Source of the DNA: an uncultured Bacteriovoracaceae bacterium
GTDB taxonomy: Bacteria; Bdellovibrionota; Bacteriovoracia; Bacteriovoracales; Bacteriovoracaceae
Direction: 5' to 3'
Assembly (NCBI GenBank): GCA_937931205.1
Contig: CALHBF010000019.1
Coordinates: 79,550 to 143,549, forward strand
Length of the DNA stretch: 64,000 bases
The notes beneath the pieces are model-generated. The model searched no databases. It saw nothing but the letters and a program-made list of their open reading frames with translations, and was not told the DNA's origin. The position numbers and the translations under genes were made by a program. Shown here piece after piece: positions 10,389 to 20,808 of the stretch; within the stretch, counting starts at the first letter, position 1; every line of letters starts with the position of its first letter.

Positions 10389-11933
10389 TTAAGCTAATTT
10401 ACCAATAGTGCTTTCAACTGTTTTTACCATTTCTTCGCTGATGATTAGGTCAGCAAGGGCCTGGATATCAGTATGGAAAACACGATCATTTTCAATTGTT
10501 GCTACATCACGACGAATAAGAGCGTGAACTTTTTCAAGTGCAGGAGATGTTTTCAGCGGACGTAGGAAGTCGAGTCCTTGTGAGTTACACAGAAGTTCGA
10601 TCGCTAGACCGTGTTCAAGGTTAGCAATAACTTCGTGAAGCTTTCTTCCAGAAGTTACACCCATAGAAACGTGATCTTCTTTATCTGTTGAAGTCGGGAT
10701 TGAATCAACAGAAGCAGGGTGACAAAGATATTTGTTCTCAGAGGCCAGAGCTGCAATTGTTACATGAGCAATCATAAGACCTGAGTTAAGGCCTGAATTC
10801 TTAGTTAGGAAAGCTGGTAGATCAGAGAAAGAAGGGTTCATCATTTTCTCAACTCTACGTTCAGCAATGTTACAGATTTCACTTAAACCCATAGCAAGGT
10901 AGTCCATACAAAGAGCAAGAGCTTCTCCATGGAAGTTACCGCCAGAGATAACGTCTCCCGTTTCGATGAATACGAGTGGGTTATCTGTTACAGAGTTTAA
11001 TTCAATTGTTAGAACTTCTTCAGCATGTCTCAATGTCTGTCTACAAGCTCCGTGAACTTGTGGAATACAACGAAGAGAATAAGGGTCTTGAACCTTACCA
11101 TCATCTGGGTGAGAGTTCACAATTCCGCTTCCCTTGAGAAGACTTAGTAGATTTTGTGAAACAGCTAATTGACCCGGCTGAGGCTTAAGCTGAGAAATAC
11201 GAATATCGTAAGCGGCTGCCGTTCCACGAACTGCATCTAAAGTTAATGCTGCATTGATATCTGCTTGCTTCATTAAGTTGTGAGCTTTCTTAACTGCTAG
11301 AGCACCAAGAGCAAGCATCACACTTGTTCCATTAATAAGAGCAAGACCATCTTTGGCACCAAGAACAGCAGGAGTTTTTCCAATCGCTGCAATCGCGTCT
11401 TTTGAAGGCATCACTTTGCCTTTGAACTCAACAGTTCCTTCACCGATAAGAGCAAGGGCCACATGTGAAAGAGGAGCAAGGTCACCAGAAGCACCTACAG
11501 AACCCTTTTCAGGAATTACTGGATGAATGCCGTAATTAATGAAATCAAAAAGAAGTGCAATTGTTTCAGGTGTAACACCTGAGAAGCCTTGGATAAGGCA
11601 ATTAGCACGAGAGAGCATAATGGCACGAGTGATTTCGCGAGAAAACGGACGGCCAACACCTGTACAATGCGAGCGAATAAGATTGTATTGAAGTTGCTCA
11701 AGATCTTCTTCGGCAATTTGTTTTGAAGCAAGAGCGCCGAATCCAGTATTGATACCATAAACAGGTTTACCTTTTTTTACGATATCAAGAACAACTTTGC
11801 GGGAAGCGTGCATACGCGACCAAGCATTAGATTCAATTTTAAGTTCAACATCACCCACCTTGGCATTAGCAATATTAGCTAGATCATCAAGAGTAAGGTT
11901 TGTTCCATTTAGTTCATAAACTTTAGCTGTCAT
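10389..11933 (-). CDS. hutH: Histidine ammonia-lyase
   Basis: YGINTGFG, MIO-forming GSVGASGDLAPL, QDPYSLRC.PQVHG, EDHVSMG. Confidence 0.97.
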   Translation of the reverse strand: MTAKVYELNGTNLTLDDLANIANAKVGDVELKIESNAWSRMHASRKVVLDIVKKGKPVYGINTGFGALASKQIAEEDLEQLQYNLIRSHCTGVGRPFSREITRAIMLSRANCLIQGFSGVTPETIALLFDFINYGIHPVIPEKGSVGASGDLAPLSHVALALIGEGTVEFKGKVMPSKDAIAAIGKTPAVLGAKDGLALINGTSVMLALGALAVKKAHNLMKQADINAALTLDAVRGTAAAYDIRISQLKPQPGQLAVSQNLLSLLKGSGIVNSHPDDGKVQDPYSLRCIPQVHGACRQTLRHAEEVLTIELNSVTDNPLVFIETGDVISGGNFHGEALALCMDYLAMGLSEICNIAERRVEKMMNPSFSDLPAFLTKNSGLNSGLMIAHVTIAALASENKYLCHPASVDSIPTSTDKEDHVSMGVTSGRKLHEVIANLEHGLAIELLCNSQGLDFLRPLKTSPALEKVHALIRRDVATIENDRVFHTDIQALADLIISEEMVKTVESTIGKLA

Positions 11934-11942
11934 ATTTTACCT

Positions 11943-12593
11943 TTAGCGAAGAGATTCAATGCGTTTAGTATAGTCTTTCTGAGGGTGTGAAAAAACATAA
12001 GAGCCGGCCACAAGATTATTAGCACCTGCCGCAATCAGATCAGGGGCCGTTTGATCAGTTACCCCGCCGTCAACTTGAATAACAAAGTTAAGACCGAGTT
12101 TCTTTTTAAGAGCATCAAGGTCACGAACTTTTTGAGTAACTTCTGGAATAAATTTTTGACCGCCAAACCCAGGGTTAACGCTCATAATGAGAACAAGATC
12201 AATTTTTGAAAAGATATATTCTGGAATAACAGAAATAGGGGTCGATGGATTAAGAGAGATTCCCACACTTGGATAAAGCTCTTTCGCACGTTGGATGAAG
12301 CGATCATGATGGGTGAGGGCTTCCCAGTGGAAACTGAAATTATATAATCCGACATCTTTAAAGTTTTCTATAAAGAATTCTGGATTCGTTACCATGAAAT
12401 GTGCATCAAGTTTATGCTCGGTAACATGCTTAAGATTTTTTACAACAACTTCGCCAAAAGTGAGATTAGGAACAAAGTGAGAGTCCATGATATCTAGGTG
12501 GAGCCAGATATTAGAGGCATGATTTAAACGCTCTATCTCGCTTCTCAAATCAAGAAAATCAGCGGCCAGCAGACTGGGAGAAATCGTTGTCAT
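11943..12593 (-). CDS. rpe: Ribulose-phosphate 3-epimerase
   Basis: SPSLLAADF, HLDIMDSHFVPNLTFG, MSVNPGFGGQ, VDGG; start adjusted to MTTIS. Confidence 0.95.
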   Translation of the reverse strand: MTTISPSLLAADFLDLRSEIERLNHASNIWLHLDIMDSHFVPNLTFGEVVVKNLKHVTEHKLDAHFMVTNPEFFIENFKDVGLYNFSFHWEALTHHDRFIQRAKELYPSVGISLNPSTPISVIPEYIFSKIDLVLIMSVNPGFGGQKFIPEVTQKVRDLDALKKKLGLNFVIQVDGGVTDQTAPDLIAAGANNLVAGSYVFSHPQKDYTKRIESLR

Positions 12594-12603
12594 AAACCTT
12601 TCC

Positions 12604-13536
12604 TTAGTTTTTAAGTTCCAAATCACCCTTGAGTCCGTTCAATAATTCTTTATCTGAACAGACTTTCTTACCTTCCAGTTGAACTTCATAAAGATGAAGA
12701 GAGCGGTCCTGAGTCCCAACAATAAGTGAGCCCAGATCGTTTTTAATTTTTCCAGGAGCGATATTGGTATGATAAACGCGAGCTTTAAGAACTTTAAGTC
12801 GTTTGCCATTTAAGAAGCAGTAAGTTCCAGGCCAAGGATCAAGTGCACGAATACGATTGAGAATACTGGCCGCATTTTGGTTAGCAAAATCCAGGAAGCC
12901 ATCTTCTTTTTTTAACGTTGGTGCAAAAGAGACTTGCAACTCATCTTGAGGAGTATAAGTAATTTTATTTTCTTTAATTTTCACAATGAAATCATTTAAA
13001 GCAAGGGCCGCTTGAAACTTCAAGCGAGTGTAAAGCTGGCCACCAGTCTCATTGTCTTCGATTTTTACAGTATGAAAATGAACCAGATCTCCTGCATCCA
13101 TTTTTTTAACCATCTTCTGGATAGACACACCAGTCTCTTTATCACCATGAAGAAGAGCATACTGAATAGGAGCAGCTCCACGATATTTAGGAAGAATAGA
13201 TGTATGAATGTTAAAACATCCCAAACGAGACATAGCAAGAAGACGTGAACCTAAGAATTGAGCAAAGGCCAGAACCACCATAGCATCTAGTTTCATCTCT
13301 TCTAATGTTTTAAGAAATTCTTCTTCCTTGTTGATATTCTCAGTTTGGAAGAAAGGGATCTTATGTTTTTTGGCGTATTCAATAACTTCAGGAGATTTTA
13401 ATTCCATCCCACGTCCTGCTGGACGATCTGGCATGGAGATAACCATGGCCAGTTCAATGTCAGGATGTTGATGAAGCATTTCCAAAGCGGGGACAGAAAA
13501 ATCCGGTGTTCCGAAATAAGCGACTTTCAATTTCAT
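12604..13536 (-). CDS. fmt: Methionyl-tRNA formyltransferase
   Basis: FGTPDF, PDRPAGRG, NIHTSILPKYRGAAPIQ, MDAGD. Confidence 0.97.
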   Translation of the reverse strand: MKLKVAYFGTPDFSVPALEMLHQHPDIELAMVISMPDRPAGRGMELKSPEVIEYAKKHKIPFFQTENINKEEEFLKTLEEMKLDAMVVLAFAQFLGSRLLAMSRLGCFNIHTSILPKYRGAAPIQYALLHGDKETGVSIQKMVKKMDAGDLVHFHTVKIEDNETGGQLYTRLKFQAALALNDFIVKIKENKITYTPQDELQVSFAPTLKKEDGFLDFANQNAASILNRIRALDPWPGTYCFLNGKRLKVLKARVYHTNIAPGKIKNDLGSLIVGTQDRSLHLYEVQLEGKKVCSDKELLNGLKGDLELKN

Positions 13537-14105
13537 CTTACTTTCTCTTTAACCATTTTTTTCTTATAGAAGTTTTTCTTTAAATTACTCAATCTTTCGA
13601 TGAAAACAATTCCATCGAGGTGATCGTTTTCATGTTGAAGACAAATTGAGAGAAGTTCGTTGGCATTGATTTCGTGTTCTTTGCCGTCCATATCTTGATA
13701 CTTAACATTGATTGAATCAAAACGTTTCACTTCTTCATAAACACCTGGAACTGAAAGACAGCCTTCTTCGTAAGTTGTTGCCCCACTTGTTCCAGTGATA
13801 ACTGGGTTAACAAAAACCATCGGCTCCAGATCTGAGTATTGGTATTCCGCCTTACCTTCAGCGTTTTTAGTGATTTCTCTATCGTAATTGACATCAATGA
13901 CAAAAAGTCTGATTGATTTTCCGATCTGAGGAGCTGCAAGGCCAATGCCCGGTGCATGGTACATCGTATAGAGCATATCTCTCACAAGTTCTTTAAGCGG
14001 CTCACCAAATTCGGTAACCGGTTTTGCTACAGTAGAAAGTACTGGATCAGGATAGGTAACGATGGGAAGTTTTTTTCCACTAAGAATATAATTTTCTAAT
14101 TTCAT
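13533..14105 (-). CDS. def: Peptide deformylase
   Basis: GIGLAAPQIG, EGCLSVPG, QHENDHLDG. Confidence 0.98.
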   Translation of the reverse strand: MKLENYILSGKKLPIVTYPDPVLSTVAKPVTEFGEPLKELVRDMLYTMYHAPGIGLAAPQIGKSIRLFVIDVNYDREITKNAEGKAEYQYSDLEPMVFVNPVITGTSGATTYEEGCLSVPGVYEEVKRFDSINVKYQDMDGKEHEINANELLSICLQHENDHLDGIVFIERLSNLKKNFYKKKMVKEKVR

Positions 14106-14135
14106 AGGTTTCCTTATAGCACGTGAGCGTTTGTT

Positions 14136-15233
14136 TTAAAACGAGAGTTTCCTGTTCTTGTGGAAGTTCCATGCCACATAGCAAAGTAAAACAAAGGGGA
14201 TTATTCCAGTCGCAAGTACTGGCGGAAGTGTCCCAGAATTCCCGAGGGCCACACACGAAGTGTAGAGAACCCAGAAAATCACAGTAGTTAGCAAGGTGAA
14301 AACCACGTTTTTCCCAAAAGATGAAGAACGGCGATTGGGATTAAAGATAGTTGATACCGGAATAAGGGCGAAAATCAGACAGGTGATACTTAAAAAGACT
14401 TTGTTATAAAGTATGATTTCATACTCACTAATATTAAGACCTGTTTTAGATAGACGAGAGACGAAGCGGAAGAGACTAACAAAGCTGAGTGTTGTTAAAT
14501 CTGCCTCAAATTCTCCGAAATCTTCAGGTACCTCTTTTAAGGAAAGCAGCTGATCACCGCGCAGTTTTTCTTGTGGGAAGTTGGGAATAGCGAGATCACT
14601 TAATTCCCTGACTTCAGTTAGTTGCCATTTTTTCTGATCATCCAGATAAGTGGCATTGCGGCTTTGAATAATTTTGGCCCCTTGAAAATCGGGAGAAAAA
14701 TAGTAGATCTCAAGATCTTTAAGAGACTTGGTTCTGCGATCAAAAAAAGTGAAAGAGGCAAAGTAGTCATTTGTTTTATACCAAAACTTTCCGCCATCAA
14801 TAGAGCTACGAGTGAGGTATCTGCCTTCTGACGTTTTACTTTTTTCAATCTCTTGGCGCTTTATTTTATTCGCGTAAGGCTCGATATAACCCAAGTTTAT
14901 AAATTGAACGAACACCATCACCAGAGCACTGCTGCCGATAAGAGCATAAATTCTTTGATAGGAGTATCCAGCGGCAAGAATAGCGATCAGCTCTGAATGT
15001 GACTTTAAATTATTAAGGGAGAAGAGTGAGGCAACTAAGCAACAGATGGGAAACATCTTTCCCATGAGGTCTGGCATTTTGAGGGAGTATTCTAATAAAA
15101 CTCTGAGACCATCTTTACCTTGAAGAAATCCATTAATGAGGTCAGCGGTTGTTATTAAAAGAAAAAGAACAACAACGGCCCCAATTAGGCTTTTAAACCA
15201 TTGTTTAAAGAGAATTTTTGAAAGGATTAACAT
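14136..15233 (-). CDS. lptG: LptF/LptG-family LPS export permease
   Basis: 3+3 TM layout around a periplasmic domain; HSELIAILAAGYS motif. LptF versus LptG is not certain. Confidence 0.8.
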   Translation of the reverse strand: MLILSKILFKQWFKSLIGAVVVLFLLITTADLINGFLQGKDGLRVLLEYSLKMPDLMGKMFPICCLVASLFSLNNLKSHSELIAILAAGYSYQRIYALIGSSALVMVFVQFINLGYIEPYANKIKRQEIEKSKTSEGRYLTRSSIDGGKFWYKTNDYFASFTFFDRRTKSLKDLEIYYFSPDFQGAKIIQSRNATYLDDQKKWQLTEVRELSDLAIPNFPQEKLRGDQLLSLKEVPEDFGEFEADLTTLSFVSLFRFVSRLSKTGLNISEYEIILYNKVFLSITCLIFALIPVSTIFNPNRRSSSFGKNVVFTLLTTVIFWVLYTSCVALGNSGTLPPVLATGIIPFVLLCYVAWNFHKNRKLSF

Positions 15234-15958
15234 TACTTAATAATACGTCTCAAGAGTGTTTTTGAAAACAGCTTTAGGAGAGGAGAAAAAAGGTATCTTC
15301 CTAGAAAATGCATGGCAGGGTGGTCTTGCCACTTTTCAACCAAAGATGAGCTATGAAGATAATAGAAGCGTACAAATTCTTGTCCCAGACGGTAGTTGAG
15401 TAACCATTCCTTGAGTGCGCGATATTCAAGAGTAACAGGGTGATCTGTGCCGTAGCAAAAGGTTACGATGTAGCATTTCTTAGACTGGATGGCGATTTGT
15501 TGATAGCACCCGCTGAAAATTTCGAAGTTTTTTAGGTTTGAACGCTTGATATGCTTACGAAGCAGTTCCGAGTTAATGACCTGATAAGGCTGGTTGGTCG
15601 TGAAGTGTAGGAACTGGTCCATACATTTCTGTACCTCTTCACGATACTTAGGGACAGCATCAAAGATACGGGCAAGCTCCAGGTAGATCTGTGAGATCAT
15701 CAGCATTTCAGTAAGGTCTTGTTCTGGGATAAAGTGGCCCGTTTTCAGGGAATAAATATCTTCGCCACTCTCTTTGAAATCAACAACAACTTGGAGATAT
15801 TCTTTGTATCTACTTAAGGCCACGGCGTAATCGGCATTATCAAAAGCTTCTTTTCCAAAACGCGTGATGGTAATACGATTTTCGTATTTATGCAGAAGAA
15901 GCGCGTCTTTCTCGCGCTTCTCTTGAGCTTCTTTGTTTACACTGGAAATAATGGCCAT
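15233..15958 (-). CDS. Helical (TPR-like) protein with C-terminal CFI-box-CTERM domain
   Basis: KCYIVTFCYGTDHP...LLNYRLGQEFVRFYY resembles the CFIATA..G...R..RD..L....G..FV..YY pattern. Confidence 0.7.
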   Translation of the reverse strand: MAIISSVNKEAQEKREKDALLLHKYENRITITRFGKEAFDNADYAVALSRYKEYLQVVVDFKESGEDIYSLKTGHFIPEQDLTEMLMISQIYLELARIFDAVPKYREEVQKCMDQFLHFTTNQPYQVINSELLRKHIKRSNLKNFEIFSGCYQQIAIQSKKCYIVTFCYGTDHPVTLEYRALKEWLLNYRLGQEFVRFYYLHSSSLVEKWQDHPAMHFLGRYLFSPLLKLFSKTLLRRIIK

Positions 15959-15964
15959 AACTCT

Positions 15965-15992
15965 CTATCGCCAAAATTTCTCAAAACATTAG
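15965..15992 (-). promoter_or_regulatory. Putative sigma28 (FliA)-type promoter
   Basis: Minus strand CTAATGTT-N12-GGCGATAG just upstream of the 15958 start; weak -35 and very short leader. Confidence 0.35.
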
Positions 15993-16876
15993 AATCGAAT
16001 GATGAATGAGAAGCTGGTGTCGATGATTTTTTCACCGTTATAAACGTAAAATCCTTTATCAGTTTGCTCGGAAAACCTTTGAGCAAACTCTACACCCATG
16101 CGAGGACCAACCCAAGAAGCACCCCAAGAATAACCCTTAAAATATTGCATCTGATCCTCGAACAGACCCCCACGTACAAAGAAATCTTTGAAGAGTGTCA
16201 GCTGAGTTCCCACCGCCCAAGAAAAACGTTTATTGTAGGCCTTGGTATAGAGGAAAGAGTAATCGGCGATGAGATTAATTTTTTCAGTGAGTGAGTATTG
16301 AAGACCGACGATCGCCTTTTCTTCATTGTTAAGAGTGCGAGTAAGGTCACGCGCCACTAATCCCAAAATAAGGTCTTCGGATAGAATATAAGTAAAACCA
16401 GCATTCACCACATGGGAGAAGTCACGGCGTGGTGAAACCCCTGGGGCCAAGGTATCTTGGATATACTGATAGTTAATCCCCATCGCCATTTTTTTGCCCA
16501 TCATCGAGGCAGCATGCATTCCCATTCTTTCGCGTTTAAGATTATTCTCTTTTTGAGTAATATAGCTCAAACCGCCTTTAACTGGACCATTATTGTCAGT
16601 TATAAAGTACCCTTGATGCTGAGCACTTTTGGGGAACTCTGAAGTACGGGCGTCCGACTCCTTACTCAAAGAAGGGGTAAAGAATTGAGCACTAGCAGTA
16701 TTCTCTTCAAAAAAAGCGGCGGATGATGGGTTCAAAATCGCTGCTTCTGTTGATAGCACACTGGCCACACCTGCACCTGAAGTTGAAAGCAGGCGAGTCG
16801 TTTGATAATCACGAATTTGGGCCCAGGACGACTGGCCCATGAATAAAACAATAGCTATGATGGAGATCTTCTTCAT
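15989..16876 (-). CDS. FadL/PorV-like outer-membrane beta-barrel
   Basis: Signal peptide; N-terminal GAGVA...AAILNPS plug-like motif; terminal Phe. Confidence 0.6.
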   Translation of the reverse strand: MKKISIIAIVLFMGQSSWAQIRDYQTTRLLSTSGAGVASVLSTEAAILNPSSAAFFEENTASAQFFTPSLSKESDARTSEFPKSAQHQGYFITDNNGPVKGGLSYITQKENNLKRERMGMHAASMMGKKMAMGINYQYIQDTLAPGVSPRRDFSHVVNAGFTYILSEDLILGLVARDLTRTLNNEEKAIVGLQYSLTEKINLIADYSFLYTKAYNKRFSWAVGTQLTLFKDFFVRGGLFEDQMQYFKGYSWGASWVGPRMGVEFAQRFSEQTDKGFYVYNGEKIIDTSFSFIIRF

Positions 16877-16921
16877 AACAAAAACTTTAAAGAAATAAAG
16901 TCTAGATAACAAGAGGCAAAT

Positions 16922-17806
16922 ATGAAAATTAAAAAAGCGATTATCCCTATTGCAGGTAAAGGCACTCGTTTTTTACCGGCCACTAAAGAAATCGCCAAAG
17001 AAATCATTCCGATTATCAATGTTCCAATGATTCACTATATAGTGAAAGAAGCGGTAGAAGCAGGAATCGAACAAATTATTTTTGTCACCGCTTCTGGAAA
17101 ATATGCAGTGGAAGATTACTTTGATCGTAACCAAGAATTGGAAGCCTTTCTTGAAAAGAATAATAAACTTAAAGAACTGGAACTGATTAAAGAAATTGGC
17201 TCTATGGTGAGTGTGACTTCTGTTCGTCAGAAAGAGCAACTTGGTCTTGGTCATGCTGTTTTAATGGCCAAGGATATGATTGGTTATGAGCCGTTCGCAG
17301 TTATTTTAGGTGATGACATCGTCGTTAACGATGTTCCAGCAATTAAACAATTGATGGATGTCTCGGTTGCTCATAACGGCGCCAGTGTTATTGGGGTAAT
17401 GGAAGTTCCTAAGGAAGACACTAAAAAATACGGAATCGTGAAGGGTGAGTTTATCAATAATACCACCCTAAAGATGACTGGAATGGTTGAGAAACCAAAT
17501 CCGGAGGATGCACCAACCAATCTGGCGACTCCGGGAAGATACATTCTTACTCGTGAAATTTTTGATATTCTGGAAAATATTCCCAGAGGTGCAGGCAATG
17601 AGTATCAGTTGACTGATGCGATCAATGTTTTATGTCGTAATAAAACAGTCATGGCCCATAAATTTATTGGAGAAAGATTTGATACAGGTTCGGTTCCTGG
17701 CTATCTTGATGCTACAATTGATTTCGCACTAAAAGATCCAGCAACGAGAGAACATTTAATCGAAGCTGTTAAAAAAAGATTTAACAAATACGGAATCACT
17801 CTATGA
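16922..17806 (+). CDS. galU: UTP--glucose-1-phosphate uridylyltransferase
   Basis: KAIIPIAGKGTRFLPATK, RQKEQLGLGHAV, VEKP, EYQLTDAI. Confidence 0.96.
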   Translation: MKIKKAIIPIAGKGTRFLPATKEIAKEIIPIINVPMIHYIVKEAVEAGIEQIIFVTASGKYAVEDYFDRNQELEAFLEKNNKLKELELIKEIGSMVSVTSVRQKEQLGLGHAVLMAKDMIGYEPFAVILGDDIVVNDVPAIKQLMDVSVAHNGASVIGVMEVPKEDTKKYGIVKGEFINNTTLKMTGMVEKPNPEDAPTNLATPGRYILTREIFDILENIPRGAGNEYQLTDAINVLCRNKTVMAHKFIGERFDTGSVPGYLDATIDFALKDPATREHLIEAVKKRFNKYGITL

Positions 17807-18774
17807 AATTTTTGTTATTGTTTTTTGCTCTTTCACAGACTGCTTGGTCATACGTTCCAACGGTAGAGTCACTTTTCAGAAATGGCAGTAATCCAGACAT
17901 GGGCGGAAATGTCGCTATCGTAAATCTTAAAGTGACTAAGGTTGATCCGAGTGGAATCGTTCAAGACGAAAAGAACTCGCATTCAGAATATTTTCGTATC
18001 TACTACACAAGAACATCAGACGACGTGGTAAAACTTAATCAGTTTAAGTTTCCAGACCAGTCGTTTAATGAAGATGATTTTGTTCATCGTGCTTACTACT
18101 CAAACTTCAATGCTTTCACCCTGGCCAACCAGCCAGCTTCTGTGGAAAAGTCACTATTTTACGGAGTCATGCAGTCACTGGCATTACAAGATGGCCAATA
18201 TCTTGTTAATTATCTCAAATCCAAAGGGCTCCCAGTAAAGCTCAACAAAGAGATTATCAATAGAGAGAAAATCAATCTCCTTGCTCAATATAAGCAATAC
18301 TTAGTCACGATCAATCAAGATAAAGAAGCACGAAAAACACTTGAGAATCCGCTTCGCCCAAATGCTGCTGATAAAAGAGAGCATGTAGAGAAAGTGATGA
18401 ATGAATCAATGTATGTTGATACTCAGCATGTCGTTCTGGCCAAAGAAGGCTCTGATATGTCTTGGAAGGTGAATGCCGGTGGCTTTGATGCTTCCGTTTC
18501 ATATGATAAGAGATATCTTCAGAAGGTAAGCTTCAAGGGTGAGAGTGGAGATATTGAGTTTATTTTCAAAGACTACGGTCTCGTTAATGCAACCCATGTT
18601 TTACCGCGCTTTATTCTTATCCGCGACTTTAATGGAGACAACTATCAGGTTGAGGTTATGAATCTCAGATATGCTTCATTAAATGATGCTTCTTTTGTTA
18701 AAAAATTAAGAGAGTGGGATCAAAAGGCGAAAGCTAGAAACGTAGAAGTTCTTCGCCCAAGTTTTTTATTGTAA
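17803..18774 (+). CDS. Exported hypothetical protein
   Basis: Signal peptide (TAWS-Y); 323-aa ORF overlapping the galU stop (ATGA) and abutting priA. Confidence 0.6.
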   Translation: MKFLLLFFALSQTAWSYVPTVESLFRNGSNPDMGGNVAIVNLKVTKVDPSGIVQDEKNSHSEYFRIYYTRTSDDVVKLNQFKFPDQSFNEDDFVHRAYYSNFNAFTLANQPASVEKSLFYGVMQSLALQDGQYLVNYLKSKGLPVKLNKEIINREKINLLAQYKQYLVTINQDKEARKTLENPLRPNAADKREHVEKVMNESMYVDTQHVVLAKEGSDMSWKVNAGGFDASVSYDKRYLQKVSFKGESGDIEFIFKDYGLVNATHVLPRFILIRDFNGDNYQVEVMNLRYASLNDASFVKKLREWDQKAKARNVEVLRPSFLL

Positions 18775-20757
18775 ATGAATCTCGTCCGAATCGCAGTTAA
18801 CTTTCCTCACAGAAATGATGGGTTTCACTATAAAAGTGAAACCCCGTTAAATGTGGGTGACCTTGTGCTTGTTCCCCTGGGAAAGCGCAAGGAGTATGGC
18901 TGTGTTATTGCGATCAATGAATCCCTTGATCAATTGTCTTTAGATGAATCCAAAATTAAAAATGTGATTGAAGCTCTTCCCGTAAGACTAACTTCAGAAG
19001 AATTAAGTTTTTATACGTGGATTGCTCAGTATTACCATTATCCGCTCGGGCAACTCATCTTCGACTGTCTTCCTCATCACATGAAGAGGCCAAGACCTTT
19101 AGAATTAACATTGGGTGAGGGGTGTGATTTTGAGTTTTCACCCAATGAAGATCAGGCACGCGCCATTGAAGCAATCTTACCTCTGAATCACTTTGAAAGA
19201 TTTTTGATTCACGGAGTGACAGGAAGTGGGAAGACTCTTGTTTATTTAAAACTTATCCAAGAAAAATTGGCCCAGGGTAAGAGTGTTCTTTTTCTTCTTC
19301 CAGAAATTAACCTGACACCACAATTTGTTTCTACCTTTTCAAAATATATCGACGGTACAGTTGTCTCGTATCATTCAGAAGTTTCAGACTCGCAGAAATT
19401 TCAAATCTTTGAGAAAGCAAGAAAGAATACGGAGCCAATGCTTATTCTAGGAGTAAGGAGTTCTATCTTTATTCCATTGAATAATTTGGGCCTGATTATT
19501 ATCGATGAAGAGCACGATACATCTTTTAAGCAAGATGATCGTTGTCCTTACAATGCTCGTGATGTGGCCAGTAAGAAGGCGCAGATTCATAATGTGCCTA
19601 TCGTGCTGGGATCAGCAACTCCGAGTATGGAAACCTATCACCATTTCCATTCAATCAGGAAAGGTAATTTTTTTGAACTCAGAAAAAGGGCCGGTGGTGC
19701 ATTCTTGCCAAGTGTGGAGTTAGTCGATGCCAGAGATAATTCTCCTAAAGAGGATGATATCTGGCCATTTACACAAAAATCAATTGATGCCGTCAGAAGT
19801 TCACTCTCAAAAGATGAGCAGGTTCTGGTTTTTGTCAATCGTCTTGGGTTTGCCAGCTATGTGCAATGTCGCTCATGTGGTGAACAGTTTAAGTGTCCTA
19901 ATTGTTCTGTTGCTCTGAGATTTTTTAAAAAGAAAAATGAACTGCAATGCCAGCACTGTGAATATAAAGAACCGATGGTTCAAAGTTGTAATAACTGCGG
20001 TTGTATGACGTTACAGCAGAAAGGATTTGGAACAGAAAGATTGTCACAAGTTTTGACCAATGTTTTTCCCGAGAAAAAAATTGAACGCTTTGATAGAGAT
20101 GAAATTAAAACCTTCAACCAGCTGCAAACTCGTTTAGATGAATTTCATAAAGGCGAGGTGGATGTTTTAGTGGGCACACAGATGCTTTCTAAAGGCCATA
20201 ACTTTGAAAAAGTGAAGTTAGTAGTCATTCTAGGAATTGATAATCAATTGAACTTTCCAGACTTCAGATCAAGTGAGCGTGTTTATCAAACACTTACTCA
20301 AGTCGCGGGACGGGCCGGACGTTATTCACAAGATGGTAAAGTGATGATCCAAACACTGGCGCCTGAAAATCCGCTTTTTGAAACAATCACGACTCACTCT
20401 TTTGATGGCTTCTATGAAGGTGAGTCGACCATGAGAGATATTTGTCAAAGTCCTCCTTATTTTAAGATCGCTTTGATTCACTTCACTTCTCGTTTCCAGG
20501 ATAAGGTCATTGCTCATTCCAGAGAAATGGCCAATAAATTTCGCTATCTCATTGAAAATCATTTCCCAGAAGTGGTGATCTTAGGGCCTCGTCAGGCGAT
20601 GATTGAAAAGAAGATGAACCAGTTTAGCTGGAGTATTCTTCTCAAGACTCAACGTCCAGATCAATTACATAACCTTTTAAAATCATTTGAGCTTAACTAT
20701 AAATCAGAAAGCTCAGTGAGTATCAAAATCGACGTCGATCCTTATACCTTGATTTAA
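18775..20757 (+). CDS. priA: Primosomal protein N' (replication restart helicase)
   Basis: HGVTGSGKT, LLPEINLTPQ, IIDEEHD.SFKQ, GSATPS, four CxxC pairs, QVAGRAGR. Confidence 0.97.
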   Translation: MNLVRIAVNFPHRNDGFHYKSETPLNVGDLVLVPLGKRKEYGCVIAINESLDQLSLDESKIKNVIEALPVRLTSEELSFYTWIAQYYHYPLGQLIFDCLPHHMKRPRPLELTLGEGCDFEFSPNEDQARAIEAILPLNHFERFLIHGVTGSGKTLVYLKLIQEKLAQGKSVLFLLPEINLTPQFVSTFSKYIDGTVVSYHSEVSDSQKFQIFEKARKNTEPMLILGVRSSIFIPLNNLGLIIIDEEHDTSFKQDDRCPYNARDVASKKAQIHNVPIVLGSATPSMETYHHFHSIRKGNFFELRKRAGGAFLPSVELVDARDNSPKEDDIWPFTQKSIDAVRSSLSKDEQVLVFVNRLGFASYVQCRSCGEQFKCPNCSVALRFFKKKNELQCQHCEYKEPMVQSCNNCGCMTLQQKGFGTERLSQVLTNVFPEKKIERFDRDEIKTFNQLQTRLDEFHKGEVDVLVGTQMLSKGHNFEKVKLVVILGIDNQLNFPDFRSSERVYQTLTQVAGRAGRYSQDGKVMIQTLAPENPLFETITTHSFDGFYEGESTMRDICQSPPYFKIALIHFTSRFQDKVIAHSREMANKFRYLIENHFPEVVILGPRQAMIEKKMNQFSWSILLKTQRPDQLHNLLKSFELNYKSESSVSIKIDVDPYTLI

Positions 20758-20758
20758 T

Positions 20759-20786
20759 TAAAGTAAACCCCTGTATCTTCCGAATA
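20759..20786 (+). promoter_or_regulatory. Putative sigma28 (FliA)-type promoter
   Basis: TAAAGTAA-N12-TCCGAATA upstream of the 20809 gene. Confidence 0.55.
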
Positions 20787-20808
20787 GCCTTATTAGAAAG
20801 GTCAATTT

